This document shows positions 38,901-53,900 of a stretch of 64,000 bases of DNA, piece after piece. A program made the translations under genes and the position numbers. Below the pieces are notes generated by a model. It was not told where the DNA came from. It saw nothing but the letters and a program-made list of their open reading frames with translations, and searched no databases. The DNA comes from Leucoraja ocellata. Its lineage: Eukaryota. Each line of letters opens with the position of its first letter. Position 1 is the first letter of the stretch. The stretch covers positions 1,550,001 through 1,614,000 of the forward strand of contig JAWMAR010000421.1 in NCBI GenBank assembly GCA_036785375.1. The letters are read 5' to 3'.

Positions 38901-41900
38901 TTCTCAAGAAAATCTCTTTGTTATTTCCTCCGTCCTCCTCTCCCGCGGATCTTGCTTTAAGCCCCATGGCTACCCTTCCAACAACTCTCCCAGTCACAGT
39001 GAAAAGAAAGCTGTTATCTTTATGTGGTTCTGAGCCTATGTGTGACTCACATAAAGGCTCACACCAGCATGATTGACTTTTAACTGAACTGGCCAAGCAA
39101 GCTGACGAAAGACAGCAATGCCCACAACTCCAAAACACAGTTCTTTTTTAAAAAGTCATTTGAATCGCGGTTACTTTTTCAACATGTTTCTGTAATCACA
39201 TGACACACAGTAAGGATGAAGGTTTGCAATTGAGATGGAGATTTGATTGATATCCAGGGTAGAATTTATTCCTTAAGGTCACTCTCACTGTCTTCTTCTG
39301 GAATGTACTTTATTTGCCTGAGTGGCCAATTATTGTGACAAACAAGTCCAGAAAGGCTTTTAGTAACCATGGTAACCAAAGGCCATCAAGGACAGGCCCT
39401 GAAAGTGGGCCTGCCATGGTTTCATAAACAAGTCAAGAGCCTTGCTGACTAAACTATTCAAATCCTTACACGGCTGGAGTGTGATTTTTTGTGACATTTG
39501 TTATGTTTATAAAGAGACTGTGTTTGACGTTGAACTATTGAAGCAAGGATTGAAAAGATTTCAATGAAGTACTTGGGGCAAAAGATTTCAACTGTTTATT
39601 TTGTGCTGTTGGATCCAATGTCCAAAATAATTTAATGGGCCCAGGTGTTTCTCAGCCTCAAGAGGCCTGATGCCCTGGGTCAATTAGCGCAGCAACCATA
39701 GCTGGAATGCCAAGAGCTGGAACAGGAGGAGGCCATTCATCCCTTAAGTCTGTTCTACCATTCAACAAAATTACAGCTGATCCTCTGTCTCCTGCACTTT
39801 CCTGCCCGATCCCCATTTTCAATATTTCCTGAGTCTCCATGAATCTTAACACCCTTGTATCCACAATCATTGAACGGTTGAGCAGACACAGACCCAAATA
39901 ACCTATTATATTTCTTATAATCTCCGTGGTTTAGTGGGCACCACCCTTGCTTCTGAGGTGAAAATTGCACGCTCATGCTCCATTCTCATACATAGAACTA
40001 GGCTGATATTCCAGTGTGTAACTGGAAGGTGCCATTATTTTGACATATCATCTGCCCTTTCAAATGCCTGTGAAAAATCCAATTTTTCAATATGTATTCC
40101 TAAATTATTAAAGGTGATTAACTGGACCCAATTCCTTGAAAAAGACAAGATTGTGCAAAAGAAAATACATGACTGCAAAAACACATTAAGACAAAAAAAG
40201 GTTGATGGCTGTGCAAGTGTGGTCCATAGTGTTCTGTTGCCGAGGTAGGATTAGGGTTGTGCGGGTAGGTTCGAGAAGTTGTTAATTGTAGGAAAGTAAC
40301 TTCCTGAACCTGGTAGTGTGCGACCTCTGGTTTCTGTACTTCCTGCCTCATGTAGTTGGTGAGGAGGTCCGTGCCTGTGATAGACTCTCTACATCACTCT
40401 CTGCAGATTTGTGACAACCTGGTATGGGCAACAAATATAAACTAGACCCAATGCAGTGCCAGGAACAGCATCTCGCAGTTATTGGTGCTGTCAACGTTTG
40501 GCGGAGAACTCTGTTTCTGATGAGATCCCTGCATGCCAGAAAGAATTAGTGGGCAGCAGGCATAATTATTGGTCTTGCATTGGAAATAAGTATCTCGATT
40601 CTAGTTTCTTTAAGAAGATTTAACTTATTTAATATTTGAAGATGATTTGCTCCATCAGCACTAACCTCTGATTCACCGCCAATGGAATATTTCAGGTTGA
40701 AGTTGAGATCTGGGCTTACTGAGAGAAACTGACTACTGGGATTAGTCAATAATTCTGTATGTGAGGATCAGGTACACCTTGTCAATGGACAACAGTCATC
40801 GCATCCAAAAATCTCTTTGGTCCAATGCAATTTCCATTCTCATTTCCCCTATTGGAGATTAGCAACTGAAGCTTTGCCTTTCCCTTCACAATTGCATTTT
40901 TGAACAGTTACAGGAACCTTGCAACAGAACACGAGTCCCTGATGCAGAAATACCTCCACCTTCTGCAGATCGTAGAGACTGAGAAAACAGTCGCAAAACG
41001 ATTGCGGCAGCAAATTGAGGATCAAGAGATTGAAGTTGAGCGACTGAAAGCTGAGGTAGGAGACGATCAAGACTGGGTTGTGGTGACTGGTGCGAGGGAT
41101 GTCACCTCTGTAGGATTATTCTGGGTTACAAGTCAAGAAAATGGGTAGAAGTGGAGAAGGTGTGATTCTTACTGAATTCGGGATATATTTCACTCCCAGT
41201 TACACTGCGGAGAATCCTGTTGGAAGCTGGGAATATTGTATGGAAAAACTTGTGGCTCTTGTTTGTGAGCCCTTGGCTGAGTGACTCCAGTGGTAGTGGA
41301 TCAGGTCATTGAATTCACTTAGCTTTCTTTCTCATTTCTTTTAACAGATTGCTTCACTGCTCAAAAACAATGACCGCATCCAACTAACCGAGCCAGTGAT
41401 GCAGAATGATGAAGATGTTGATATAAGGAAAATCAAGAAGGTAAGACAGATACACGACAAGCCACTGACATATCCTGCAGTAAGACATTTTTGATTTTAT
41501 TGTGACCCACTCCCACATAACATATTCTTCGTAAACAAATAATCTTCTTGACCTTAACCTCCAAGATTCCTTTGCTCCCCAGGTGTCCCCTATTTATGAT
41601 ACATTTTCTTGCCTTGTTTGCCTTCCACAAATATATTGCTTCACACATTTCCAAACTGGATTCCATTTGTCACTTTCCCGCCCTTCTAAGCAGTTCATTG
41701 ATATGTAACTTTCTTCCTTGGGGTTGATTGTCTTTGGTTTGAAACTTTGGTTTCACCTGTAAATTCTTAACTGTGGCACCTACCCTCCAAGTTAAAGTCA
41801 TTGCTGTATCCAACAGGTCCAAAGCTTCCTGCGAGGATGGTTGTGCAGAAGGAAGTGGAAGACCATTATCCAGGACTACATCCGCTCCCCACATGCTGAG

Positions 41901-44900
41901 AGCATGAGGAAGAGGAACCAGGTTGTGTTCAGTATGCTGGAGGCTGAGGCTGAGTATGTCCAGCAGCTCCACATCCTTGTGAACTGCTTCCTCCGACCAC
42001 TCCGCATGGCAGCCAGCTCCAAGAAGCCTCCGATCACCCATGATGATGTTAGCAGCGTATTCCTAAACAGGTATCCAGCAAGAGAATCTAATAAAATAGT
42101 ACTTAGGATGCTGGACCAACAATCATGAAGTTGAGTTCCTATCCCATGCTGGCGGGCGGGTAATTTAAATTTAGATAATGAAATAAATCTGGAATTATTG
42201 TATTGATAGTGGATTATGTTAAAAAGTCATTTGGATCACTAATGTTCAGGCATAGAAACCTTTGACCGTTACCCATTGTGACCTGTATGTGACTCTGGAT
42301 CCACTGCAATATTCCCCCTGAAAATGCTCTGAAGACAGTAAGTTGCACCAAACCGTCATGACTGGTTCCACATTCCCACCAGATTCCCAAAGGAGGAATA
42401 AATGCAGTCTTCCTGTGAAAGATTTACAAAAAAAAGTCATTTTAAGAATTCCATACATACCTATCACCATTGAGTTGTCTATGACTTGGAAGGATGTGAT
42501 CAGAAATGATCAGCAGGATTTTATTGTAAATACACATTCCATTCTCTTTCTTTATACTTACCTTGTTCTCTTTTCCAGTGAAACAATTATGTTTTTGCAC
42601 CAAATATTTTACCAGGGACTAAAAGCTCGAGTCTCCAGCTGGCCGACACTAGTACTAGGTAGGTATCGTGAGTACTTATATCATGAGGCTCCCCATTGGT
42701 AACTCAGGTGTCGTGTTCTTTTGTGCAGATGTGAAAATTATAGTGTTCAATCCGCAATATGCTCTGCTCTCAAGACGGAGCCTTGCCTCTTTAACAGAAC
42801 AGACCAGGATTAGCTTCTTGTGAAGTAAACAAAGCACAGTTCAATCAGAGTTCAGTTGCTCTTCTAGTTTAGTTCCTCAACCAGAGTGAAAGATCTGGCT
42901 GTTTAAAAGGAAGGTGATCAATTGGTGAAAAGGCTGACTGTCAGTATAAAATCAAAGAGCATAAGACGAGCTGGCAGAAAACACAGCGGGTCGAGCAGCA
43001 TCTGTGGAGCAAAGGAATTGTCAAGGTTTCTGGTCGAGACCCTATATCAGGATTCCTTCCCCCACATAGATGCTGCTTGACCAGCTGAGTACCGCCAGCA
43101 GTCTGCTTTTCTTTTTGCAGTTTCCAACATCTACAGTCATTTGTCTAAAAAAAATGAAGAATCCAATTAACAGAATGTTTTTCCAAAAAAAAAGGTTCAG
43201 TTAGTAGAATTCCATGAAATGTTATGTTGGGTCTGCTCCCATTTATTACATATAAAACAATTAAGAATAATTTTGGAATTTGATTATTCTACAATTTTGG
43301 AAATGCTGTAACCTGAATTAGTTTAGTTTAGTTTATTGTCACGTGTATTGAATTATCAAGATTATAGGTGGACAGAACTGCATCAGCAGGTGGGTGCCAT
43401 GTGCAGTTGAATATTGGCAAATGCCAATTAATAGCCCTTTAATCTAAGAGCAGAGGAACAAAATACAAGTTTGTTCAATGTTCACACAAAAGTCCAAAGG
43501 TATCATTGTGTAAAAAGCCCACAAATAAAAATAGCTACCATTTTTGTTTTAGTATCAAGGAAAATAAAATGCAAATGTGAAGAGGTAACACTGAGTGTTT
43601 ATCATATTATAATTAAGCCACAGTGGAAATGCTGTTTTTCAGATTTAGGCACCAAGTATAGAAAGGATGTGTAAACGTAAATCACTGGGATGTTACCAAC
43701 AGTTATTGGGATACATGTGCAATGCAGGGTATTCACTAAAATTGGGAACATTTAGAGAACGGTCTAACCTTTAAGATCACCGTATTATTTACACTGCGTT
43801 ATTTCTGATAAAATCAGAAAATGCTGAAAAATCTCAGCAGGTCAGGCCGCATCAGTGGAAAGAGAAACAAATAATGCTTTAGGTCTGGGATGTAGATTGA
43901 CTGACTGAGATTTTGCAAACAAAGAAGAAAACTTTCACCAAAAAAAAATCACAGGTGGTTAGGAAGGGAAGTAATGTTCTAACACTCTATAACCACAGGC
44001 AGTTAAAATTTAGAATTGTTGGCTACTGACTGTTGATGAATAAAAGTTAGCATTTTCTCGGCAGTTAAGAGTACTACATTGTTAAAGCTTTTGGCTTTCC
44101 AGATAAAATGTTAAATTGAGCCCCAGCTTGCCGTCTTGTGTGGATACAAGCCAGAAGAAATGCAAGAGGTTTCTCCAAGAATTATCCCCAATCGATATTA
44201 CCAAAACAGATTATTGGCCTTCATTTAATTTCATTTGTGGGAACATGCAGCTCATATTGCAGTGTGTTTGCAGCAGTGATTGATTTCCAAAAGCTCTTCA
44301 CGGGCTGCCAGGATCATTTGCAGCTCATGGCAGGCAAGCCTTTGCTTCTATATCCACACAATGAATGAATCTTCCCATCTGTGTGCCAAGTCATAACGTG
44401 AGGTCTGACTTTCCACTGCCAGTCCATGTGTAGTCTTGCAGAAATGTTTAGAGTTGCCCACTACACCAAGTTTTTGACCATGCGTATTCTGAACCATCCC
44501 ACAGCTGACCTGTTCGACATTCTCCTTCCAATGCTGAACATCTATCAGGAGTTTGTAAGGAATCACCAGTATAGTCTACAGATCTTGGCCAGCTGCAAGC
44601 AAAACAGGGACTTTGACAAACTTCTGAAACAATATGAAGCAAAGCCGGATTGTGAAGAGAGGACGCTGGAGACATTCCTGACCTATCCAATGTTTCAGGT
44701 GAAACAGCAGAGCATAGGGGAAGGGTTGGGTGCATGTTGCAGTGATAAAGTCTGGGACCAATTATATGTAGTTGGTATATATAAATATAAATAGACCATT
44801 CCTCAACATTTTCAATAACACAATGTCGTTCTTGTGTCCGATCCCACATTCCGTGTGATCATAGGATTATCCAACTATAGATTGTGTATAGAATGTGGAG

Positions 44901-47900
44901 AAAGTAGAGAATATCTATAACATGTGCAAATGAAAAATGAGGGAATGTTGGTTGGGAAGTAGAGGAACACAGAATAAGCAATGGGGACTTAATAGTCATT
45001 GTTGCAGCTCATTTGATTTTCCAGTGAAGTCTAGTGAGGCAACTGATTCAATATTATCCATTTTACATTATCGTCAATTATCCATTTTATTTCTGTAATC
45101 TTTTGCATATAACAACAAAGTCGGTTTGGTGTCCTATAAAAAGCTGCCTGCAAACAGAGCATCTACTTGTTTGTAATTTGTATTTCCTGACTTTGGCTCC
45201 TTAGATCCCCAGATACATCCTGACTCTCCACGAGTTGTTAGCTCACACACCCCACGAGCACGTGGAGAGGAAGAGTCTGGAGTACGCCAAGTCAAAGCTG
45301 GAGGAACTCTCACGGTGAGTGACGCCATCCAGTGGCCATCTCTGGCATGCAGTGGATGGAACATTCCTTCCACTGATCTGGGCAGCATTTAAAGACTGTG
45401 GCTGAATTAAAGTTTCCCCAACTTTTTATTATAGGGCAACAATCCTCTTTTGAAAATTAATGTCAGCTCACATCCAGCTACTCCATCCTCTGCTTTGTAA
45501 ATTAAACTAGTGTATTGGTATTTGAAACTATTTCTTCAAGTTTGTCTCTTCCAATTTTATCCACATCTTCTCCTCTCCTTCTCCGTTCCCTTTCTTCTGG
45601 AGTCAGTTGTTTTCTCGTCCTGATTACCATGTTCTGGTATCTCACTGATGACACAGTGAGGGTTGAAAATCTACCCCACGAATGAACTATTGAAACTGAG
45701 ACCAGTCTCCTTCCATACGCATATCAGTGTGGGTTGGTGGAAAATGTTTACAGTGCGGAAAACCCTCTTTTTCCCCCCTTCCTGGTTTAGAAGTGCTGCA
45801 CTCACCCACATCGCAGACCATGAGAAAACTTGGATCCACTGAACAAAGATGGACAGTTCTTCCACTGTCCTGCCATAAAGCTGCGTTGCCCGTGTGCACG
45901 GCAATGTGAAACTAACACTGTTTGTGTTTGTCACAGGATAATGCACGATGAAGTGAGTGAAACAGAAAACATTCGCAAGAACTTGGCTATCGAGCGGTTG
46001 ATTGTGGAGGGATGCGAGATTCTCTTGGACACCAGCCAGACGTTTGTACGGCAAGGTAATGGGAGATGGTATTGTTCAGGACTACACTGAGAGCACATGG
46101 CACATGTCAATGACATGCATGATCACTGGTCTGGTATTATATTTCAGAGTGAGGCCCAATACCTTTGGTTCAGTGCACTGGGTTGATGGATTGGTCATTG
46201 CAACACTATGAATTCAATTATTCCTTTGCCATTCACTTGCATTTTCATTGGCAAGTGGACTGTCAGTTGATAAGCTGATTTCAGGCTGTGCTGCTTGAAG
46301 ATATTTGCAATTAGGTGAACTCTGCCAACTTGCAGCCAGTGAAATCCCTGTGATGAGTTGCCACGTCTAAAGAAAATGTCCATGGCATGGTTACATAAAC
46401 TTTAATGATGGTTGAGAGAGAAACATTGACTGAGACACTGAGGGGAACTGTACGGCTCGTCTTCAAAGGCAACCTGGGTTTAATGTCTTATACTCCTTCA
46501 ATAAGATTTTGCATCTGACTCTGGGATACATCACTAAGTTTGATATTCTAGGAGTGAAAAGTTAAGCTGAAAATCCATCTACTTTCTTGTATGGATGTAA
46601 AGAACCAATTTGGGTAGTTACTTAGTTTAGTGTTATTGCCTATAAACGATGTATGGAATTAAATTCCTTGTTTATATGAAGCTCATAGAGTAAATAATAC
46701 ATATACTGTAATGATAGATACAATAAGTACAATGAGGAGTGCAAAACAGAGGAATGGTGCAAGATTATGTTGCAATCGGAAGACGTGTAAAAAATTCTTA
46801 TAAAGTACAATAATGGAATTAACAACCAGCGTAGAGTTAAGTGGAAGTGTACTTGTCACCACCTCTGAGAAATAGGTGTGAACGAGGTGATTGGTTCAGG
46901 AGGCAGATAGCAGTGGGGAAGAAGCTGTTTTTAAGTTTGTACGTCCAGGCTCCTAATATCCCAGAAGGAGAAGAAGGAACAGGGAATGGCCAGATTGGCA
47001 GGCATCCTTGACGAGCAAAGAAATCCTGTGGAATGATCTTTACCAATGGAGTGGACTACAAGTGAACAAAGTGTTCAGTGACACACCGAGTCACATGGCA
47101 GACCGTTGTCTATTGTGCTGTACCTTCAGCAGCTTGCAAGTGGAATTTTAGCATTTTATTTACAGCTACTTTAGAAGGCAGTTCGAAGACTCAGAGCAGC
47201 TAAGGTGGCAATTTTCCTTCCCTAATATACATGAGACAGGTCACAAGAATTCAGTAGTATTGTGACTAATTATACTTAATCAACTGGAATTATTTAATGA
47301 ACTGAGTTTAAAATCACTTAAATTTGCCTTCAAACTCTCATTAGCTGGATTACTAATCTAATATCATAACTGCAATTGCATCATGCTCAATACACAACCA
47401 CTGCAGGTTTTGCTGAGTTGGCAGCTCACATGATATTCTGTTGAGAGCGATATGCTTATCTTTGTTTTACGGTCCACCAGTAACCAGCTGATACTCTCTC
47501 TAACCCAGGATCGCTTATCCAAGTACCCATGACTGAGAAAGGGAAGATTACCCGTGGTCGGTTGGGATCGCTCTCAATGAAAAAGGAGGGAGAGAAGCAA
47601 TGTTTTCTGTTCTCCAAACACTTGATAGTTTGTACCCGAGGATCGGGTGGGAAACTCCACCTAACTAAAGTAGGTGACCAATGCTCATCTGTATGTTCTT
47701 TCATTTCAAAAAATGTAATATGTGCAGAAATGCTGCAGCATTAGCACTCAAATAAGTGATGTACACAGAAAATAAATGTCTTTTTGCCCATCCATCAATG
47801 TGCTAGATTTTTGAAAGAGTTCTCTATTCAATGTCTCTTTTTCCCCAAAGTTCTGCAAATATCCCCTTTCATCAAATTTCCCCATCGAAAGTAGCTATCG

Positions 47901-50900
47901 ATTACCCACTATTGGTCACTTTAAAACAGCATGTGTGCAGAAAAATGCTGTGTAAAAATCCCTCATCTTCCCTCTGGTGGCCAGCCTTCTGTGGAAGCAG
48001 CTTCTCCTCATTGACTCTATCAAAACTCTGTGCTTTTGAAGACCGCTTTTGAATTTCCCCTCCATTTTCTCTACTCTCAGAAGCACAATCCCAGCAACTC
48101 ATCACTCCCCCACATAAGATGAAGTTTTTCGTCCTTGGGCTCACATGAATAAATATCCTCTCCGAGGTCATGATCATGGAAACATTGTTCTGAATGGTGT
48201 AGCCAGTGACAAGGTGAAATGTGTTTTTGGCAATATCTTACTCTAATGTTTCAAATGTGATTTTGAGGAATTCCTCACTCGAGGATCAAAGTCTGAACAT
48301 TGGAAGCAGGCTCAACCTGAGAGGCTGGATATCAGGCTGGGAATCCATCCATCCATGCCCAAATGTTGGAGGAGATTTGATAATCTAGTCACAAGTCTAC
48401 AGTTGAGGCTCAGTTTTAGGATGTTCATTTTAAAATTGATTAACAATGGAATTAAGGGAAGTATTAAAGGCCACATTAATGGAATTACATCACATATCAC
48501 TCAAAATTTACAGTAAGGTCGAACAGGCTTGAGAGAATCAATGGGCTCCTCCTCTAGCATGGTCCTTCAATATAATTTTGTGTCACAAATATAGACCATT
48601 CTCCCACCCACTCAGACATTTCTCTGCTTCCTCACCCCCCCCCATGTGATAATCACTGTGGCTGGTTTTGTTTTTCAGATGCTGTTTGACAGTAAACGAG
48701 TAAGTACATCAGAAGTTGCTCAGGGAATTTGACTCTCGCTCAGTGCCAGGCGGGTGGGAACCTTTCTGGAAGTGAAAGGCTGGGGCTTTAGGTTTAGGTT
48801 AAACCTCCCATCATTTGTACAGGGCAGAATGTACAGGGGTTCAATTCAGGGATCTCCCCATTGCTTTTACCAGTGATCTCACAGGTCCTGGAACTCCTTG
48901 GCCCTGACACAGAATCCCTGTTAATTTATGAAAACTACCACCTCTCTGGGGACCACTGAGGGGATTCTGATCACGGGCACAAGACCCATTAATGCTCCCC
49001 TTGTCAGCCAACAACCAACTGCACTGAGTCATGTGTGCGATGCTGCTCCAGACAAGAGCAGTTGCCCATGGGGAGGTGATCCTTCAATTATTTATGTATA
49101 TAACCTCCTGTTCACTTGGTTCTTGCATCTCCTGTATGACCTCACCATTGATTACCTTTCTTCAACGTATTATGAAAATGTGTCATTTCACACCTTTCTG
49201 TTAATTACCACCAGTGTGTGCCTGGCCATTTCACTAACAATATGTATCATTCCAGGGATGAACAGCTGTGAGAAAGAATGTCATTTATGTTTGTCAAATC
49301 TTGTTTGCCTTTTCAAGTGGTTTTAATTGCTTTACAGAATGGTGTTCTCTCACTCATTGACTGCACCTTGCTGGAGGACCCAGAGACCACAGAAGATGAG
49401 AGTATGTAAAAAGAGTTACAATATAGAATTTGTGTGCAAGTGTGAATGGGCGTGAGCACCTATGAGTGTGAATCTGTGAGAGTGTGTGTATGTGTCAGTG
49501 TGTGTTTATGTCTAAGACTGGGCTTGCACACAACACTCAGCACATGCATTTGTGTTTGCGTGTATCTGTGAGAGGTCCTTGTGTGTGTACTTGCTTCTGT
49601 AAGTTGGCAGGTTAAATCAGTATATCAACTCCTGGAACCAAAGCCTGACCAGTCTAATTCTGTCACTGAACCTCTCACTGAACCCTGGCTTGGTACTGCC
49701 TTGGTGAAAAGAGCCTCAGCACTAAAGGTTAAAGTTGATGCTGAATTTATGCTTTCCACCAAGCTGGAAAGGGTACAAAAAAGATTTACGAGGATGTTGT
49801 CAGGACTAGAGAGTCTGAGCTTTGGAGGGAGGTTGAGTAGACTGGGACTATATTCCTTAGAGCGCAGGAGGATGAGGGGTGATCTTATAGATCATGAGAG
49901 GAATAGATCAGGTAGATGCACAGAGTCTCTTGCCCAGAGTAGGTAAATCGAGAACCAGAGGACATAGGTTTAAGGTGAAGGGGAAAAGATGTACCTGTAG
50001 TAGGAATCTGAGTTTTTCACACAAATGGAGATGGATGTATGAAATAAGCTGCCAGAGGAGGTAGTTGAGGTAGGGACTATCCCAACATTTAAGCAGCAAT
50101 GAGGCAGGCACATGGATAGGATAGGTTTGGAGGGATATGGACCAAATGCTGGTAGCTGGGACATGTTGGCCTGTGTGGGCAAGTTGGGCCGAAGGACCTG
50201 TTTCCACACTGTATCAATCTATGACTCTATGACCAAGAAAGCGTCTCAACTGACAGCCTTTTCTATGGCAGCACGTACATTAAACAACTGCACCGCCATG
50301 ATCTTGTCCATCACGTTCTCCTGATTTTGAGCACCACTGTCCTTCTGGTGAACATGCTCCCACGGTGCTGTTGAGCAGGATGTTCCAGGGCTAGACCCAG
50401 TGATGATGAAGGAACAGTAATGTATTCCCACATCAGGATCATGAGTAGCAAGGCTGGGGGGAGGAGGGGGGTTGGGGGGGGGGGGGGGGGGTTGGTGTGC
50501 CACTGTTGCTGTCAATCTTTTATTTTTAAATCTGCCAGCTCGAGGAGCAGGTCAAGACATGGAACACCTTGATTTCAAACTTGTGGTGGAACCGAAAGAT
50601 ACGCCGTCGTTCACTGTGATTCTGGTGGCCTCGTCACGGCAAGAGAAAGCTGCATGGACTAGTGATATTAGCCAGGTGAGTGAATTCTCATAGAATCATG
50701 TAGACAAAGACTGTTTGACCATTGTGCATGTCCCAATGTGAAAGAGCCTCTCCATTTAATCTCACTCCTCTTGTCCTTTTCCTGGGATTTCTCATTGGTT
50801 CTTGCTCTGGTCCTCACTCCTTTCTTCTTCAAAAGGTTCCTAATCTCCTCCCTCTTTGGCAAAAGTTTAATTTTAGTATCTCCTCATGTAGTTGGTAACA

Positions 50901-53900
50901 AACTGTTTGTTGGTGCTCCTGTGAAGTATCTTGGCTGTTCTACTGTGTTAAAAGTGCATTAATTATTGCTGTATGGCCATAGATAGGTGCTGAATTTTCC
51001 GACAGTAATTTCAGTTCTTAGAGAATACAATTCTTGCTGCAAATATTCAGCGGATCAGGGAGCATCAAAGGAGGGAGAAACAGATTCATATTTCAAGCTT
51101 TTAACTTTTCATCCAGTTGTTCAAAACTTTGCAGGGTTTAAAAAAAAAATCAGGTCTGCAGTTTTTTAATTATTATATACCAAATTATTTCTCTCTCTCC
51201 AGTGCATAGATAATATTCGATGCAATGGTCTGATGATGAATGCATTTGAAGAAAACTCCAAAGTCACAGTTCCACAGATGATTAAGTAAGTGATAATCCA
51301 CTGCAAGTCGACTCAACTCACAGAAGCAATTGTGTGCAGAGGAAGTGTCTCTTTAATGCAATCAGAATTTGGTCACATAGTGGCTAAGTTACTGGGCTAG
51401 AAATCTGCAAACATAAAAACATAATGCTGTTCAGGGAAGGAAATCTGTTCATCTTATCTATTATGGCCCCATGACTCCATTGCATTGAATCCATGACAGG
51501 TTCTGGATGCGTCTTAACTACCTTTGACATGCCTTACCAAGCACTCTGCTCTCACATCACCTTCTCATGGCAATTAGGGATGGAGAACGATTGATAGCCT
51601 TGCTAGCAAAACTTACATCCCATTATTGAATTTTTTAAAAACACTCCCAAACAACAAAAAGTAGAACTTGACCTATCTCTGTTATGTAGCTCCATTTCTA
51701 TCTGCTGTGGGATAGACATTATCCTATAATGTACTGGCTAAGAAGTTCCTTTTGTTATTGGGGCTGAAGCTGTCAAATACTGTACGCCTGCTACAGGGAG
51801 CTTGAGACTATACCCTTAACTTATGACAAGTCTGGTCAGTAGTCTGATAAGAGCATTGAAGAAACTGTTCCTTAGTCTGGTGTTACTTGCTTTCAAAGTT
51901 TTGTATCTTCTGCCCGACGGGGGACGAGAGAAGAGGGTGTGTAAAAGGTCCTTGATTTTGTTGGCTGCTTTCCCGAGGCAATGTGAAGTGCAGATGGAGT
52001 TTGCTTTGTAGGATGGACTGGGCCTCATCTACAACTTTCTTCAATTTCATGCTGACTTGTGAAATTCTGTTTCAAAACCAAGTTGCGATGCATCCCAATA
52101 GGATGCTGTCTGCCGAGCATCCATAGAGGTTGGTAAGAAACGTTGGAAACATGCAAAACTTCCTTAGTCTTCTAAGAATATAGAGGCATTGCGGTGCTTT
52201 CTTGGCTGTAGCTTCAATGTAGTTGGTTCAGGACAAATTGTTGGTGATTCATACCACTAGGAACTTGAATCTGTTGACCATATACATTTCAGCACCATTG
52301 ATGATGATTAGGACTTGTAAATTACTCTGTTTTTTTTAAAACAATAACTAACCTTAATTTTTCTGACATTGAGAGGGGTTGGCTTGACACCATGTTACTA
52401 TGCTCTCTTTCTTCTCTTGTTCTCCGTTTTTGCCATGGTTTGAAATCTGGCCAACTATGGTGGTGTCATCTGCAAACTCGTAAATGGAGTTAGAGCAAAA
52501 TTTGGCCACACAATTGTGAGTGTATAGGGAGTGTAGCAGGGGCTGAGAACAAATCCTTGCAGAGCACCAGTAAAATTACCAACAAGGTTGTTTTGTAGCC
52601 GATCTTCCCTGATCGTAGTCTATCGGTCAGGAATCGAAGATCCAGTGGTAGAGGGTTGTACTAACTCCTAGATCTATGTGTTTGGTACTACAATCTTCTG
52701 CCACTAAATATTAGGAAAGGTGAGTGTTTGCATCCTCTTGAGCTGTTAAGCCAATTGATGATATTATGATTGTTCTATTACACCTTACCTGCAGAATTTC
52801 TACCTTTCACCTATATCGCACCAACGTTGATTATCTATCAGTCTCAGACTTAAAATTAACAATTGATCTGGCATCAATTGCCATTTACAATCTGCATCTT
52901 AACTGTCTCAGCTCGATATCCATTGAAATCACATACTGTACTGTATGTACAAAATCTGCCAAACATTATCTGGAAATTTACCAGAAACGACATTGTCTGC
53001 ATTCCAAATGACAGTCCACCTTTTCCTGATTGTGATTCTCATTGTTGTCATTGTAACTGGCAGGTCTGACACCAGCCTTTACTGTGATGATGTGGATATA
53101 AGATTCAGCAAAACCCTCAACTCCTGCAAAGTTCTCCAGATTCGCTATGCAACCGTGGAGCGTCTATTGGAGCGCCTGACTGACCTGCGCTTCTTAAGTA
53201 TAGACTTCCTCAACACGTTCCTGCATTCATATCGGGTTTTCACCACAGCCGAAGTGGTGCTGGACAAGCTCATCACCATTTACAAGAAGCCAATAAGTGC
53301 GATACCTGCAAGGTGATGTCTCTCTGTGTCCATGTTTTGGTGTGATACATTTAAACCTACTGTACAAGCATATGTCATGTGGAAAGAATGAGTCCAATCA
53401 TATGCATAATGATGTCAGTAATATGTTCATACAAAATTCTTCACATTGTTTACAGAATTGAAATCATTGAGTTCTTGTTCTAATGAGAGCGTTTCCACAA
53501 TTAATTTTGAATGAGGCAGATTTGCAACACTGTCAATAATTCAATAATTCCTTCCAACATTTTCTCCCAAAAACACATAAAAATCAATAACCATAGTGTG
53601 TTTAGATTGCCTGAAAGGGATAATAATGAAGAGAGTAACTCTCAGCAAAGTGTGTTTGATTTCACAGTCTGCCCTAATCGTTTAATGATGCTTATAGTTA
53701 AATAAATGGAGCAATTATACATCAATCATCCTATTAACACTAGATTTCCTCTCAAATGTAGGTCACTTGAACTCTTTCTTGCAAGCAGCCAAAATAATAA
53801 ACTTATGTACAGGGAGCCCCCAAAATCCCCACGAGCGAGTCGGAAATTTTCCTCCCCACCGCCCCTTTCTATTTCTAAGACGTCGTCACCAATTCGGAGG

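Noticed and set aside
52286-52300. TTCAGCACCATTGAT, a second RE1-like site
   Set aside because: Left half-site only, and it lies inside a degraded LINE.
52672-52725. Strong donor AAG|gtgagt in intron 13, where I recall a small alternative exon in human RASGRF1
   Set aside because: The nearest acceptor gives 5 nt (frameshift); the 48-nt option contains an in-frame TAG and its acceptor lies in a LINE relic.
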